From an uncultured delta proteobacterium (GTDB taxonomy: Bacteria; Myxococcota_A; Polyangia; Polyangiales; Polyangiaceae), in assembly GCA_963806225.1 (NCBI GenBank), contig CAWDXG010000004.1:2624001-2688000 (forward strand): a stretch of DNA of 64,000 bases, written 5' to 3'. The position numbers and the translations under genes were made by a program. Positions 1-10,479 of the stretch are shown here, one piece after another (position 1 is the first letter of the stretch; each line of letters begins with the position of its first letter). Below the pieces are notes generated by a model, which was given only the letters and a program-made list of their open reading frames with translations, searched no databases and was not told the DNA's origin.

Positions 1-1203
1 GGCGGGCGCAGCGATCGCGGAGGGAGCGGCGGATGCCGACGCAGCGCCTTGCCCGTGCGAGAGATGCCCGACGGCGAGGGCCCCCCCTCCGATCACGACG
101 ATCGCCGCGCCACCCAGCGCCGCCAGCAACGGCGCCCGGCTGCGCTGCATCGGCGGCGTATCGGCCTGCGAAGATGCCCAGTTGCCGGAAGTCTGTGCGC
201 CGGACGCGACGACGGGAGCACCCGTCATAGGCTGCGAGTGTGCGAACGCCGGCTGACCGGCCGTGTCGGCGGAAACGGCAGCCACGTTGCCCGTGATGTC
301 GGCGATCGACACTGCGGATGCTCGCGGCGGAGCGGCCACAGCGGCGCCGTGCTCCTCCCACTCCTGAAGCGCGGCAGCGAACTCCTGTGCAGTCTGGAAT
401 CGATGGGCGGCATCGCGGGCCATGGCCTTCTCGACCACCGTCGCGAACGCCGGATCCAGATCCGGCACGACCTGCCGCACCGGTACCGGTTCCGAGAGCA
501 CGATCTTGAACAGAAGCTGGTTGAAGGTTGCTGCATCGAACGGCACCGAACCCGTCACGGCTTCGTAGAGGATGACTCCGATGGCGTAGAGGTCACTGCG
601 CGCGTCAACCTCGGCGCTGCCGTGCGCCTGCTCCGGCGACATGTAGTACGGCGTGCCCATGACCGCGCCGGTCTGGGTCATCCTCATCTCATTGTTCAAC
701 GGCTGGAACTTCGAGATGCCGAAATCGATGATCTTTACGAAATCGGCTTTCCCGGCCTTTTCCCTGAGAAGGAAGATATTGTCGGGTTTCAGGTCGCGGT
801 GGATGATGCCCGCGTCGTGGGCCGCGCCAAGACCGAGCAGCACCTCGCGCGCGATCGGCGACAGCTCGCGCGGGGTCAGCCTGCCCCTCGTCTTGATGCG
901 CTGGCCCAGGGCCTCGCCGTCGAGGAACTCCATCACCATGAACAGGTCGCCGTTCGAGAGCTGCCCGAGATCGAGCACTTCGAGGATGTGATCGTTGCCG
1001 ATCCGGCCCGCGGCCTGCGCTTCCCGCTCGAACCGCTTGACCACGTCGGCGTTGCCGGCGAAGGCGGCGTGCAGCACCTTGATAGCGACGCGGCGGTTGA
1101 TGCGGACGTTCTCGCCTTCGTAGACGGCGCCCATGCCGCCTTCGCCAATCAGGCGGACGATGCGGTACTTGCCTTCGATGACCTCGCCGGGCTCAAGTGA
1201 CAT
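1..1203 (-). CDS. Ser/Thr protein kinase (Hanks type), 3' end outside window
   Basis: Read manually from ATG at 1203: MSLEPGEVIEGKYRIVRLIGEGGMGAVYEGEN..VAIKVLH..HRDLKPDN..DFG..GTPYYMSPE. Not in the ORF track because it has no stop in the window. Confidence 0.93.
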   Translation of the reverse strand, partial: MSLEPGEVIEGKYRIVRLIGEGGMGAVYEGENVRINRRVAIKVLHAAFAGNADVVKRFEREAQAAGRIGNDHILEVLDLGQLSNGDLFMVMEFLDGEALGQRIKTRGRLTPRELSPIAREVLLGLGAAHDAGIIHRDLKPDNIFLLREKAGKADFVKIIDFGISKFQPLNNEMRMTQTGAVMGTPYYMSPEQAHGSAEVDARSDLYAIGVILYEAVTGSVPFDAATFNQLLFKIVLSEPVPVRQVVPDLDPAFATVVEKAMARDAAHRFQTAQEFAAALQEWEEHGAAVAAPPRASAVSIADITGNVAAVSADTAGQPAFAHSQPMTGAPVVASGAQTSGNWASSQADTPPMQRSRAPLLAALGGAAIVVIGGGALAVGHLSHGQGAASASAAPSAIAAPA

Positions 1204-1399
1204 ACCCACTCCGGGAAGCTCCAAGCCTACCGATGAATCGCGCCAGGCGCTATCAGTGTGTCGGCTCGGGGTGCCGGAGTGCACCTGCCGATAAAATTCT
1301 GTGTAATTTCCGGGCCAAGCCAGGACCAGTTTCCCTGGGATTCCCGCGACGCGTGCCAACGGGTCTGGATCACACGCCCGTGTGATAGCATCCGACCCC

Positions 1400-2474
1400 A
1401 TGACATTCCTCCGGCGGGGGACGCTCGGCGCTGTCGCATTGCTCGTCGGGTTGCACGCCACCAAGGGCTACGCGCAAACGGACGAACAGCGCGCAGGGGC
1501 GCGCGCCGCCGCTACGCAGGGCTTCCACCAGTTCCAGCAAGGCCACTGGCAGAAGGCGATCGACCTCTTCACGCGCGCGCAGGCGCTGGTCCGCGCCCCG
1601 ACCCAGGTGCTGTTCATCGCGAGGGCGCAGGCGAAGCTCGGTCATTACGTCAAGGCGCGCGAGCTGTACCTCCAGATCGTCCACGAGACGCTCGCGCCGG
1701 GCGCCCCCGCAGCGTTCCACCGAGCGCAGAGCTCGGCGTCCACGGAAGTGAAGGACGTTCGAGGCGAAGATCGCCCACGTGACCATCACGGTGAGCGGAG
1801 CCGGCAACACGACGGTGATCGTGACGATGGATGGCAAGCCGGTGCCCCCCGCGCTCGTCGGCATCGCAATGCCGATCGACCCGGGCGCCCACCAGGTGAA
1901 GGCGGTCGCGTCTGGCTTCAAGCCCGCCGAACAGAGCGTCAAGCTCGCGCCAGCAGGCTCGCAGGATATCTCGCTGAAGCTCGAAGCCGGGCCGGACGCC
2001 GCGAACGACGCGCCGATGGGGCTGACAAGTGCGCCGCCCGACGAGTCGAGCCCTGCCCCGAGTGCTCCGCCGCCCGACACCGGGGACAACGGCACCGGCA
2101 AGGGCGGCTCCAGCGGGCTGCGTATCGGGTCGTACGTGGCGCTGGGCGTGGGCGTGGTCGGGCTGGGGCTTGGTACATTTTTCGTGCTGCGCTCGAGCAG
2201 CAAGCGCAAGGACGCGGACGCGGCCTACAAGGCCTGCGGGTCACCCTGCCTCGACAGCAATCCCAAGTCGGCCGAGGTCGCTTCGCTGGACAGCTCCGCC
2301 AGGAGCGCCAAGACGCTCGGCACCGTGGGCTTCATCGTCGGCGGAGTGGGCGTGGCCACCGGGGTGACGTTGTTTCTGCTGTCCGGCAAGAAGCAAGGAG
2401 CCGAGCACGCCGACGCTCCCTCGATCCATCCGTGGATCGGTCTGGAATCGGCGGGCATGACCGGCACTTTCTAG
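1400..2474 (+). CDS. Secreted TPR/PEGA-like protein with C-terminal TM segments; +1 frameshift at ~1758
   Basis: Signal peptide and TPR-like helices (AIDLFTRAQALVRAPT..LFIARAQAKLG) in frame 1382 continue as EAKIAHVTITVSG..VTMDGKPV..PIDPGAHQV in frame 1779. Removing one T from GACGTTCGAG joins them. Confidence 0.8.
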
Positions 2475-2506
2475 CGCGGCAGCGCGCTTGGCTTGGGAGA
2501 AGGACG

Positions 2507-4321
2507 ATGGCGAACGACAAGCGGCGCAGTGTGATCCGGTGGTGCTCGGTTGCAATTTTCGGGCTGGTCTGTGCGCTCGTCGTCGCCGGGTGCTCGGCTG
2601 GAGACGGGGCGACGGGCGACGGGCAGCCGGCGCAGGTCCAGCAGGGGTTGGTGTCGTGCAACAACAGCCCGTGCTGGCACCTCGACAACAACAACCAGTG
2701 CGTGAAAAACTCCATCGGCGACGCATGCATAGGCGTAAAGGGGCGTTGCGCGAACCAGAGCTACACAAAGCCGATTCTCGTGTGCTGTACCACGGGCTGC
2801 ATCGACAGCGGCGGCTACTGTGCGGGCGGCACGTCCGGCAACGCTTGCGGCGCCAACGGCGACGACTGCGTGGCCTGCCAGCACAAGGAGTGCGAGGTCC
2901 CGCAGTGCTCGGGCGGAGTGTGTCAGGCTGCAACGACGGCTGCGGATGGAGCTACGTGTACGGGCGGCCTGTGCGAGGGCGGTAGCTGCTGCACAGGTTG
3001 CGTCCCGTCGCCCGGCAAGTGCGCGCTGGGCAGCACGCCGGCCGAGTGCGGGCAGAAGGGCGCGGCCTGCCAGGACTGCAACGACAACGACCCTTGCACC
3101 CAGGACCTCTGCACCGCGGCGGGGTGCTCGCATCCGCCCGCCGATGGCGGCGGGTGCAAGGACAGCGCCGGAGCGTCGGGCATCTGTCACGGCGGCGCCT
3201 GCTGCACCGGTTGCTGGGGTAGCGACGGCAAGTGCCACAACGAGGAATCCGCGACTTTCTGCGGCCTTGGTGGCATCGCTTGCCCGCCCCCCTGCGACGA
3301 CAAGAACCCCTGCACCAAGAATACCTGCGACGCCAGCAAGGGCACCTGCGCGTTCCCCAACCTTTCGACGTCCACAACATGCGACGACGGTGATCCCTGC
3401 ACAACCAGCGATCATTGTGCGAATGGAGCCTGCGGCGGCACGACGGTGAGCTGTGACGATGGCCAGCCGTGCACGAAGGACACCTGCAACTCGTCGAATG
3501 GGAACTGCGTCCATACCAACCTTGCCAACAACACTCCTTGCGACGACCAGAACTCGTGCTCGACCGTCGACGTTTGCACCAACGGAGTCTGCGCGGGGAC
3601 CGGCGGGCTGAACTGCGACGACAAGAAGGCCTGCACCAAGGACGGCTGCAGCGGCGGTTCCTGCACACACACGAATCTCTCGGGCACAGGCTGCGACGAC
3701 GGAAACGCCTGTACGCAGAGCGACACCTGCTCGAATGGTGTCTGCCAGGGCGGCACATCGGTCAACTGCAGTGACAACGACCCCTGCACCACCGACACCT
3801 GCGATGCGAAGACCGGCTGCAAGCATACGCCGGCGACCGGCCCCAACTGCGACGACGGGGACCCCTGCACTACGAACGACAAGTGCACCAACGGCAAGTG
3901 CGCGGGCACGGCCGATACCTGCGATGACAAGAATCCCTGCACCAAGGACAGCTGCACCAAGGCCACCGGGTGCTCGCACGCGCCCGACGACACAGCCAAG
4001 TGCACGGGCGGCACCTGCCACGGCGGAACGTGCGTCCTGAACGGCACCGACGGTGGTGCTGGCGCGGGCGGCGCAGCGGGAGCCGGCGGCAGTGCGGGCA
4101 GCGGTGGCAGTGCGGGCAGCGGCGGTGCCACCTCCGACGCCGGCAAGAACGACGCGGGCAACACCGACGCCGGCAACACCGACGCCGGCGAGGTCTTCTC
4201 GCGCGACGCCGGCGGCTGTGCCTGTCGAGCCGCAGGGGGTTCGCCGGGCAGCGGCGGGGAGTTGTGGCTCGCGCTGGGGCTCGTCGGGCTGTGCGCCGTG
4301 CGACGGCGCCGAGCAGCCTGA
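2507..4321 (+). CDS. Cys-rich surface protein with CDDGDPCTxDxC (Dictyostelium-type) repeats and MYXO-CTERM tail
   Basis: N-terminal signal/lipobox (VVAGC), roughly a dozen CDD(G/K)(D/N)PCTxDxC-like units, C-terminus GGCACRAAG..LWLALGLVGLCAVRRRRAA. Confidence 0.9.
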   Translation: MANDKRRSVIRWCSVAIFGLVCALVVAGCSAGDGATGDGQPAQVQQGLVSCNNSPCWHLDNNNQCVKNSIGDACIGVKGRCANQSYTKPILVCCTTGCIDSGGYCAGGTSGNACGANGDDCVACQHKECEVPQCSGGVCQAATTAADGATCTGGLCEGGSCCTGCVPSPGKCALGSTPAECGQKGAACQDCNDNDPCTQDLCTAAGCSHPPADGGGCKDSAGASGICHGGACCTGCWGSDGKCHNEESATFCGLGGIACPPPCDDKNPCTKNTCDASKGTCAFPNLSTSTTCDDGDPCTTSDHCANGACGGTTVSCDDGQPCTKDTCNSSNGNCVHTNLANNTPCDDQNSCSTVDVCTNGVCAGTGGLNCDDKKACTKDGCSGGSCTHTNLSGTGCDDGNACTQSDTCSNGVCQGGTSVNCSDNDPCTTDTCDAKTGCKHTPATGPNCDDGDPCTTNDKCTNGKCAGTADTCDDKNPCTKDSCTKATGCSHAPDDTAKCTGGTCHGGTCVLNGTDGGAGAGGAAGAGGSAGSGGSAGSGGATSDAGKNDAGNTDAGNTDAGEVFSRDAGGCACRAAGGSPGSGGELWLALGLVGLCAVRRRRAA

Positions 4322-4340
4322 CGCGCGTCCGCGCCGGGCC

Positions 4341-5133
4341 TCAGCCTTCGATCACGGCCGGGTCGAGGTCGACACCGATCGGGCAGTGATCGCTGCCGTG
4401 GACGTGGCGCTGGATGAACGCCCCGCGCACGAACGGCATCACCGACTCGCCGACGAGCACGTAGTCGATACGCCAGCCGACGTTGCGCTCGCGCAGACCG
4501 AAGCGCTGGCTCCACCAGGTGTAGTGTCCGCCCTCGTCGGTGAACGCGCGGAACGTGTCCACCCAACCGGCCCGGAGCCAGCGCTCGAAGGCGCGGCGTT
4601 CTTCCGGGCGGAAGCCACTGTTTTCCACGTTCTGCCGCGGGCGCGCCAGATCGATCTCCCGGTGCGCGGTGTTGAAGTCGCCCATCACGATGACGCGATT
4701 GCCCTCCTCGCGGTAGAGTTCGAGGCGGCGGCGCAGCTTCTGGTAGAAGGCGAGCTTGTAGGGGATGCGGCTCAGGTCCCGGTTCGGGCCATCGCCCTTC
4801 GGGAAGTACGCCGAGCACACGACCAGCTTGCCGAAGCGGGCGATTACCGCCCGGCCCTCGACGTTCGAAACGCGGTGCGAGCGCCGTCTCGACGATGTCG
4901 GGGCGGCGCCGCGACAGCAGCGCCACGCCGCTGTACCCGGGGCGCTCGGCTGGTGCGTAGTGCTGGTGCCAGCGCGCGCGGCGGATGCGCTCGGGCACCT
5001 GCTCTTCGAAGGCGCGGACTTCCTGCAGCCCCACCACGCTGGCCCGGCTCCGGGCGAGCCAGTTCGAAAACCCCTTGCGCTCGCAGGCGCGGAGCCCGTT
5101 GACGTTCCAGGACAGCACGCGAAAAGGGCGCAT
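4341..5133 (-). CDS. xth: Exodeoxyribonuclease III; +1 frameshift at ~4864
   Basis: SWNVNGLRA, LQEVRA and GYSGVA in one frame; YFPKG, GDFNTAH, YTWWS, GWRIDY and SDHCP in the next. One extra base in GACGTTCGA separates them. Confidence 0.9.
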
Positions 5134-5229
5134 CGCGCCCGGACTGTAGCCGCGGCCGTGGAGCCGGACCAGCGCCTGCTGCCGCGCGGCCTTCCTCAGC
5201 CGCCCGGCTCGTGACACCATCGCCGCTCC

Positions 5230-6462
5230 ATGCGGCTTGCCGAGCGCATCCCCGATCCCAATGTGTGGCGCGTGTACCGGGCCACGCTGGCGCTCGGGCT
5301 TGCCTATGGCATCGCGATCTCGCTGACCGCGATCTTCCTCGACCAGATCGGCTTCGAGAAGTCGGATATCGGCACGCTGGCCGCGTGGTTTGCCACGGGT
5401 ATCGTCGCGCTGTCGCTGCCGATGGGCGCGCTGATCCGGCGGTTTTCAGCCAAGACGACGCTGGCCATGGCCCTCGGTGGCTACGCGATCACGGTCTCGG
5501 TGTTCCCGTTCCTGCACTCGTACACGTCCATTGCCGTGGTGCGGTTCTTCGACGGCGCGTGTTCTGTCGGCGTGTGGGTGAGCAGCGAGACGATCCTTCT
5601 CGAACGTTCGGGCAAAGACAACAAGGCATTCGTGACGAGCCTGTACGCGATCGCAATCGCCGTCGGCTACGTCGTCGGGCCTCTGGCTGCGCGGGCCATC
5701 GCCGCAGTTGCCCCGCTCCGCGCGGGATTCCTCGCTGCGGGTGTGCTGGCCGCGATCACCTCCGTCTACGTGACGACGCGACTCGAACGCGGCCCGTCGG
5801 CCTCCGATCCAGACGAGGCCGACGCCGAGGCCGGAAGCGGACGCATCGCGCCGGCGGGCTCCGCGCTGGGCGTGCTCTGGCGCATCAAGACGTCGTGCTT
5901 CGGCACCTTCGCCTACGGCTACTTCCAGGCCAGCGTCGTGCTGTTCCTGCCCCTGTACCTGATGGAGTCGAAGGGGATTGCCGAGAAGCAGACAATCATC
6001 ATCCCTGCGTTCTTCGCGGCGGGAATGTTGCTCTTTTCGAACTACGCGGGGAGGCTCGGCGACCGCTACGGGCATCTGCTCTTGATGCGCGTGCTTGGAA
6101 CCATCGGCACCGCGATGGTGCTCGGCTTCGTGTTCCTGCACTCGTTCGCGATGATGGGCCTGGCTGTTTTCGTGGCCGGCGCGACGCTGGCCAGCATCTC
6201 GCCGGTGAGCCTTGCCCTGCAGGGTGTGGTCTCCGCGCCGGAGGAGTACAGCCGCGCAACGTCCATCTACAATGCGTTCTACGCCGCCGGCATGCTGCTG
6301 GGGCCGCCGATTTCCAGCATGATCTTCGAGCATGTGGGCGGCGCGGCGATGCTGTATCACCTGGCAGCTCTGTGGGGCGGCTTCGTGGCGTTCTCGCTCC
6401 TCTTCTACCGCGACGATCCGGCAGCACGCCGCGCTCCAGAGCTGGCCGCGCCGCCCGTCTGA
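5230..6462 (+). CDS. MFS transporter (12 TM)
   Basis: 410 aa hydrophobic protein; GRLGDRYG motif A in the second half. Confidence 0.9.
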   Translation: MRLAERIPDPNVWRVYRATLALGLAYGIAISLTAIFLDQIGFEKSDIGTLAAWFATGIVALSLPMGALIRRFSAKTTLAMALGGYAITVSVFPFLHSYTSIAVVRFFDGACSVGVWVSSETILLERSGKDNKAFVTSLYAIAIAVGYVVGPLAARAIAAVAPLRAGFLAAGVLAAITSVYVTTRLERGPSASDPDEADAEAGSGRIAPAGSALGVLWRIKTSCFGTFAYGYFQASVVLFLPLYLMESKGIAEKQTIIIPAFFAAGMLLFSNYAGRLGDRYGHLLLMRVLGTIGTAMVLGFVFLHSFAMMGLAVFVAGATLASISPVSLALQGVVSAPEEYSRATSIYNAFYAAGMLLGPPISSMIFEHVGGAAMLYHLAALWGGFVAFSLLFYRDDPAARRAPELAAPPV

Positions 6463-6508
6463 CCCGCCGCTATCGCCGGCCGGTCGCTGGGAGTAGGATT
6501 GGGGGGTC

Positions 6509-8359
6509 ATGCCCCAGCCGATCGCGCGCTTGGTTCGTGGTGGAAACTGGCTCCGCGTGGGCGCCCTTCTGGGCGTTCTGGGTACGGCGGGTATTTTCGC
6601 CGCCTGCTCGAGCAGCCCCGAGGTCGTCCACGGCAACAAGGACGGCGGAGGCGGAAGCGGCGGCTTCGAAGGTGGGATCTGCCCGGCGGGGCAGTTCGTC
6701 TGCGACGGCAACGTCTCGCACGCCTGCGACGGCAAAGGCGGCGTCGTGGACTCCACGGACTGCGCGGCCGAGGGCAAGACCTGCATCGACGTGCTCGGCT
6801 GCGTGACTTGCCTGCCCGGGCAGGCAAGTTGCGCAAACGGCAAGGCTAGACTCTGCCGCGAAGACGGCTCCGGATTCGACGAGTTCGACTGCGACCCGCT
6901 GCAGGGCATGACTTGCCAGCCCGACGGATGCAAGGGCAGCTGCGCGCCCCCCCAGCTCCAGAACAGCTACCTCGGCTGCGACTACTACCCGACCATGACG
7001 CCGAATCCGGTCTGGAGCGGATTCGATTTCGTCGTCGCCGTCGCCAACGCGGGCAGCCAGGCCACCGACGTGCACGTCACGCGCGGTACGACGAACGTGA
7101 AGACGGTGAACGTCGCGCCGGGAGACCTGCAGGTGATCAAGCTGCCCTGGGTCAAGGAGTTGAAGGGCGGTGATGTCAACGCCTGCCAGCAGCCGCCGGA
7201 GCCCGGCAACACCCGCGTGGTCAAGGGCGGCGCCTATCGCCTCCGCACCGACCAGCCCGTGACCGTCTACCAGCTGAGCCCGCTCGACTACCAGATCGAT
7301 CCGGTGCCGGCAGGCTGTCCGCTCGGCAAGGACTGCCCCGGCGGGTTCGGCAGCGAATGCCTTTCGTTCTCGAACGACGCCTCGCTTCTGATGCCGGCGA
7401 CCACGCTGACGGCCAACTACACATCGCTCGCCTGGCCTTCCCGCGGCAACCGCGCTGGGTTCGTGGCGGTCACGGCAACCCAGGACAACACCCAGGTCCA
7501 GTTGATCGGCAACGGCACCTTCGCCGCCGGCGGCGGCATCGACGGACAGGGCAACGGTACAGTGACGCTCGCGCGCGGCGACGTGCTGCTCGCACTGGCC
7601 GGCCACGGCGGTAGCGCGACAAACAGCTTCGGTCCGGACATCAGCGGCACGCGCATCAAGGCCTCGGCCCCGGTCCAGGTCATCTCCGGACAGTCGTGCG
7701 CGAACGTCCCCGACCCCGACACGGGCGAGTGCGATCACATCGAGCACGCGATGCTGCCCATCGAGACGCTGGGCAAGGACTACCTGGTCACGTTCCCCGC
7801 CGCGCTCGCGAGCACCTCACCGCACGTGGTGCGCATCGAGGCGGTCGACAAGGACACCCATGTGACGTTCGATCCGGCTTTCCAGCCGCCCGCGACACTA
7901 CAACCCGGAACCGCGCCGCTCGAGCTCGACAACGTCAAGCAGGACTTCCGGGTGCAAGCGGACCAGCCGATCCTGATCACGCAGTACATGGAGGGGCAGA
8001 CCGCCGTGCCGAGCGGCTCTGGCGATCCGTCGATGGCGGTGGTGGTACCGACGGCGCAGTACCGCAAGAAGTACCTGTTCATCGCCTCCAGCAGCTACGA
8101 CACGAACTTCGTCAACGTGGTGGCGCCCAAGGGCAGCACGGTCACGCTGGACGGAACGAAGCTGCCCGCGTCGGAGTTCTCGAACATCGGCGCATCGGGC
8201 TTCACAGTCGCGCGCCACAAGCTGTCGCAGGCCAACGTGCACAGCATCGAGTCCGACCAGCAGTTCGGAATCGTCGTCTACGGCTACGGCCGCTACACGA
8301 GCTACATGTACCCGGGCGGGCTGGATCTGAAACGCATCGCACCACCCCCTATCTACTGA
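6509..8359 (+). CDS. IgGFc-binding protein N-terminal domain lipoprotein
   Basis: Lipobox FAAC, Cys-rich N-terminus, then SNDASLLMP, CDHIEH..P...LGKDY, GDPSM..VVP..QYRKKY and SYMYPGG motifs typical of this family. Confidence 0.85.
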   Translation: MPQPIARLVRGGNWLRVGALLGVLGTAGIFAACSSSPEVVHGNKDGGGGSGGFEGGICPAGQFVCDGNVSHACDGKGGVVDSTDCAAEGKTCIDVLGCVTCLPGQASCANGKARLCREDGSGFDEFDCDPLQGMTCQPDGCKGSCAPPQLQNSYLGCDYYPTMTPNPVWSGFDFVVAVANAGSQATDVHVTRGTTNVKTVNVAPGDLQVIKLPWVKELKGGDVNACQQPPEPGNTRVVKGGAYRLRTDQPVTVYQLSPLDYQIDPVPAGCPLGKDCPGGFGSECLSFSNDASLLMPATTLTANYTSLAWPSRGNRAGFVAVTATQDNTQVQLIGNGTFAAGGGIDGQGNGTVTLARGDVLLALAGHGGSATNSFGPDISGTRIKASAPVQVISGQSCANVPDPDTGECDHIEHAMLPIETLGKDYLVTFPAALASTSPHVVRIEAVDKDTHVTFDPAFQPPATLQPGTAPLELDNVKQDFRVQADQPILITQYMEGQTAVPSGSGDPSMAVVVPTAQYRKKYLFIASSSYDTNFVNVVAPKGSTVTLDGTKLPASEFSNIGASGFTVARHKLSQANVHSIESDQQFGIVVYGYGRYTSYMYPGGLDLKRIAPPPIY

Positions 8360-8510
8360 GGGGTAGTACAAGGTACGTGGATCTGCGACCTGAAAATCCG
8401 CCGGCACAAGAATACTTCATAATAGTCGGGTACTCTATCCACGCGGGCTTCCTTGCAGGATCAAGATCATGGGGCCCGCTTCGGCCGTCGTCGGCCGCAA
8501 GGAGGTCGCC

Positions 8511-10463
8511 ATGAGTGCTCGCGTATCCGGAGGGGTTTCAAGGAGACGGATGGGCCTCGGCGGTGCTCTGCTGCTCACACTGGCAAGCGCGATCCTGTTG
8601 CTGCTCGCCGCAGCCGGCTGCGGCGGCTCGGGCGAGACCAACCAGGGCGGCGGTAGCGGCGGCTCTGCGGCGAACGGCGCGGGCGGCTCCGCGGCGGACG
8701 GGGGCATCGGCACCGGCGGCAGCGCGGCGAACGGCTCGGGCGGCTCGGCCGCAAGCGGCTCGGGCGGCTCGGCCGCGAGCGGTTCCGGCGGCGGCGCGGC
8801 CAGTGGTGGCGGCGGACCCATCGGCAGCGGAGGCGGCACCGGCTGCACGCCGACCACCTGCGCCGATGCGAGTGCGGCCTGCGGCAGCGTTTCCGACGGC
8901 TGCGGCGGTACACTGAAGTGCGGCACCTGCGGTAGCGGCAAGATCTGCAACGCCAAGCACCAGTGCATCTCCACCAACGACGCGTGTACGCAGGCTGGCG
9001 TCGAGTGCGGAATCATCACCGACGTCTGCGGCGACCCCATCAACTGCGGCGCCTGCGCGGCCGGCGAGGTGTGCAACGGCTCGACCGGCAAATGCGGCCC
9101 CTGCCAGCCGATCACGTGTCAGCAGGCGAAGCTGTGCGGCACCAACCCCGATGGCTGCGGCAGCACGATCGATTGCGGCGCGTGCGGGTCCGGGATGGCC
9201 TGCGACAAGTTCACGCACAGCTGCCAGACCTGCCAGAAGACGACCTGCGCCGCGGAGAATGCGGAGTGTGGCAGCCTCTCCGATGGCTGCGGCGGAACGC
9301 TGAGCTGCGGCGGTTGCCCCAAGGGAGAGACGTGCATCGGCAACGTGTGCAAGCCGCCGCCGCCCCCTGCCGAGTGCCAGAACCAGAACAAGAACTGCGG
9401 CACCGTCACCAACAGCTGCACGGGACAGAAGCTGAACTGCGGCAGCTGCCTGCCCGGCGAAGTGTGCTCGAACAACGTGTGCGTCTCCTGCGTACCGAAG
9501 AGCTGCGCGGAGCTCGGCCTGCAGTGCGGCACCGCCGACGACGGTTGCGGCGGTACGCTGCAGTGCGGAATCTGCAAGGTCGGCGACAAGTGCGACAAGA
9601 ACATCTGCTGCACGCCCACCACCTGCAAGGCCAAGGGCAAGGACTGTGGGCATATTTCCGACGGTTGCGGCGGTACGCTCGACTGCGGCAACTGCTCGAA
9701 CAACGAGAAATGCGGCGGCGGCGGAACCGCGAACGTGTGCTCGCCCTGCGTGCCGAAGACATGCAGCGGCGAAGGTCTGACCTGCGGCACTCATTCGGAC
9801 GGCTGCGGCGGACAGCTCGACTGCGGCAACTGTGCGACCAACGAGAGCTGCTACAACGGGCAGTGCTGCACGCCCACCACCTGTGCGGCAGAGGGCAAGG
9901 ACTGCGGACAGATCTCCGACGGCTGCGGCGGGTCGCTCGACTGCGGCACCTGCTCGAACGGCGACGTGTGCGGCGGCGGCGGAACCGCCAACGTGTGCGC
10001 GCCCTGCGTGCCCAAGACCTGCACCGAGGTGGGCGCTGAATGTGGCCCGGCGAGCGACACCTGCGGCGGGCAGCTCGACTGCGGAACCTGCGCCACCAAC
10101 GAGGTCTGCGACCAGGCAAGGTGCTGCACGCCGACCACCTGCGCGGCAGCCGGCGCCCAGTGCGGCAGCGTCTCCAACGGTTGCGGCGGCACGCTCGACT
10201 GCGGAGCGTGCGGCTCGGGACAGGCCTGCCGCTCCAACAACACCTGCTGCACGAAGAAGACCTGTGCCGGCATCGGCCGCTCCTGCGGCAAGGCGTCGGA
10301 CGGCTGCGGCGGGACGCTGAACTGCGGCAACTGCCCGGGCAGCCAGATCTGCCTGGCCAACGGCACCTGCTGTGCACCCACCGATTGCACCACCAACTGC
10401 GGCTACAGCGGGCCCGACGGCTGCGGCGGCACCGTCACCTGTCCGGCCTGCCCGCCCGGCTGA
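8511..10463 (+). CDS. Cys-rich repeat lipoprotein (CGxxSDGCGGxLxCGxC repeats)
   Basis: AGGAGG RBS before ATG 8511, lipobox AAGC, Gly/Ser linker, about 13 Cys-rich repeat units. Confidence 0.88.
   Translation: MSARVSGGVSRRRMGLGGALLLTLASAILLLLAAAGCGGSGETNQGGGSGGSAANGAGGSAADGGIGTGGSAANGSGGSAASGSGGSAASGSGGGAASGGGGPIGSGGGTGCTPTTCADASAACGSVSDGCGGTLKCGTCGSGKICNAKHQCISTNDACTQAGVECGIITDVCGDPINCGACAAGEVCNGSTGKCGPCQPITCQQAKLCGTNPDGCGSTIDCGACGSGMACDKFTHSCQTCQKTTCAAENAECGSLSDGCGGTLSCGGCPKGETCIGNVCKPPPPPAECQNQNKNCGTVTNSCTGQKLNCGSCLPGEVCSNNVCVSCVPKSCAELGLQCGTADDGCGGTLQCGICKVGDKCDKNICCTPTTCKAKGKDCGHISDGCGGTLDCGNCSNNEKCGGGGTANVCSPCVPKTCSGEGLTCGTHSDGCGGQLDCGNCATNESCYNGQCCTPTTCAAEGKDCGQISDGCGGSLDCGTCSNGDVCGGGGTANVCAPCVPKTCTEVGAECGPASDTCGGQLDCGTCATNEVCDQARCCTPTTCAAAGAQCGSVSNGCGGTLDCGACGSGQACRSNNTCCTKKTCAGIGRSCGKASDGCGGTLNCGNCPGSQICLANGTCCAPTDCTTNCGYSGPDGCGGTVTCPACPPG
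9606..10140 (+). repeat. Intragenic higher-order tandem repeat, 258-nt (86-aa) period
   Basis: TGCTGCACGCC(C/G)ACCACCTG recurs at 9606, 9864 and 10122, with similar intervening sequence. Confidence 0.85.
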
Positions 10464-10479
10464 TCCGCGAAAGGCAACC

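Noticed and set aside
49..1200. Plus-strand 383-aa ORF and the many other long Arg/Ala/Pro-rich overlapping ORFs
   Set aside because: Shadow ORFs expected at high GC; the opposite strand or another frame carries recognisable motifs.
1382..4321. 979-aa ORF as a single protein
   Set aside because: Chimera caused by the frameshift at ~1758. The middle part is off-frame Arg-rich sequence; the real genes are 1400-2474 and 2507-4321.
3412..5220. 602-aa minus-strand ORF
   Set aside because: Only the xth N-terminus is real; the rest is out-of-frame or antisense to the Cys-rich gene.
8511..10463. 'Tryptophan synthase alpha chain' label often given to such proteins
   Set aside because: No TrpA motifs; it is a Cys-repeat lipoprotein.
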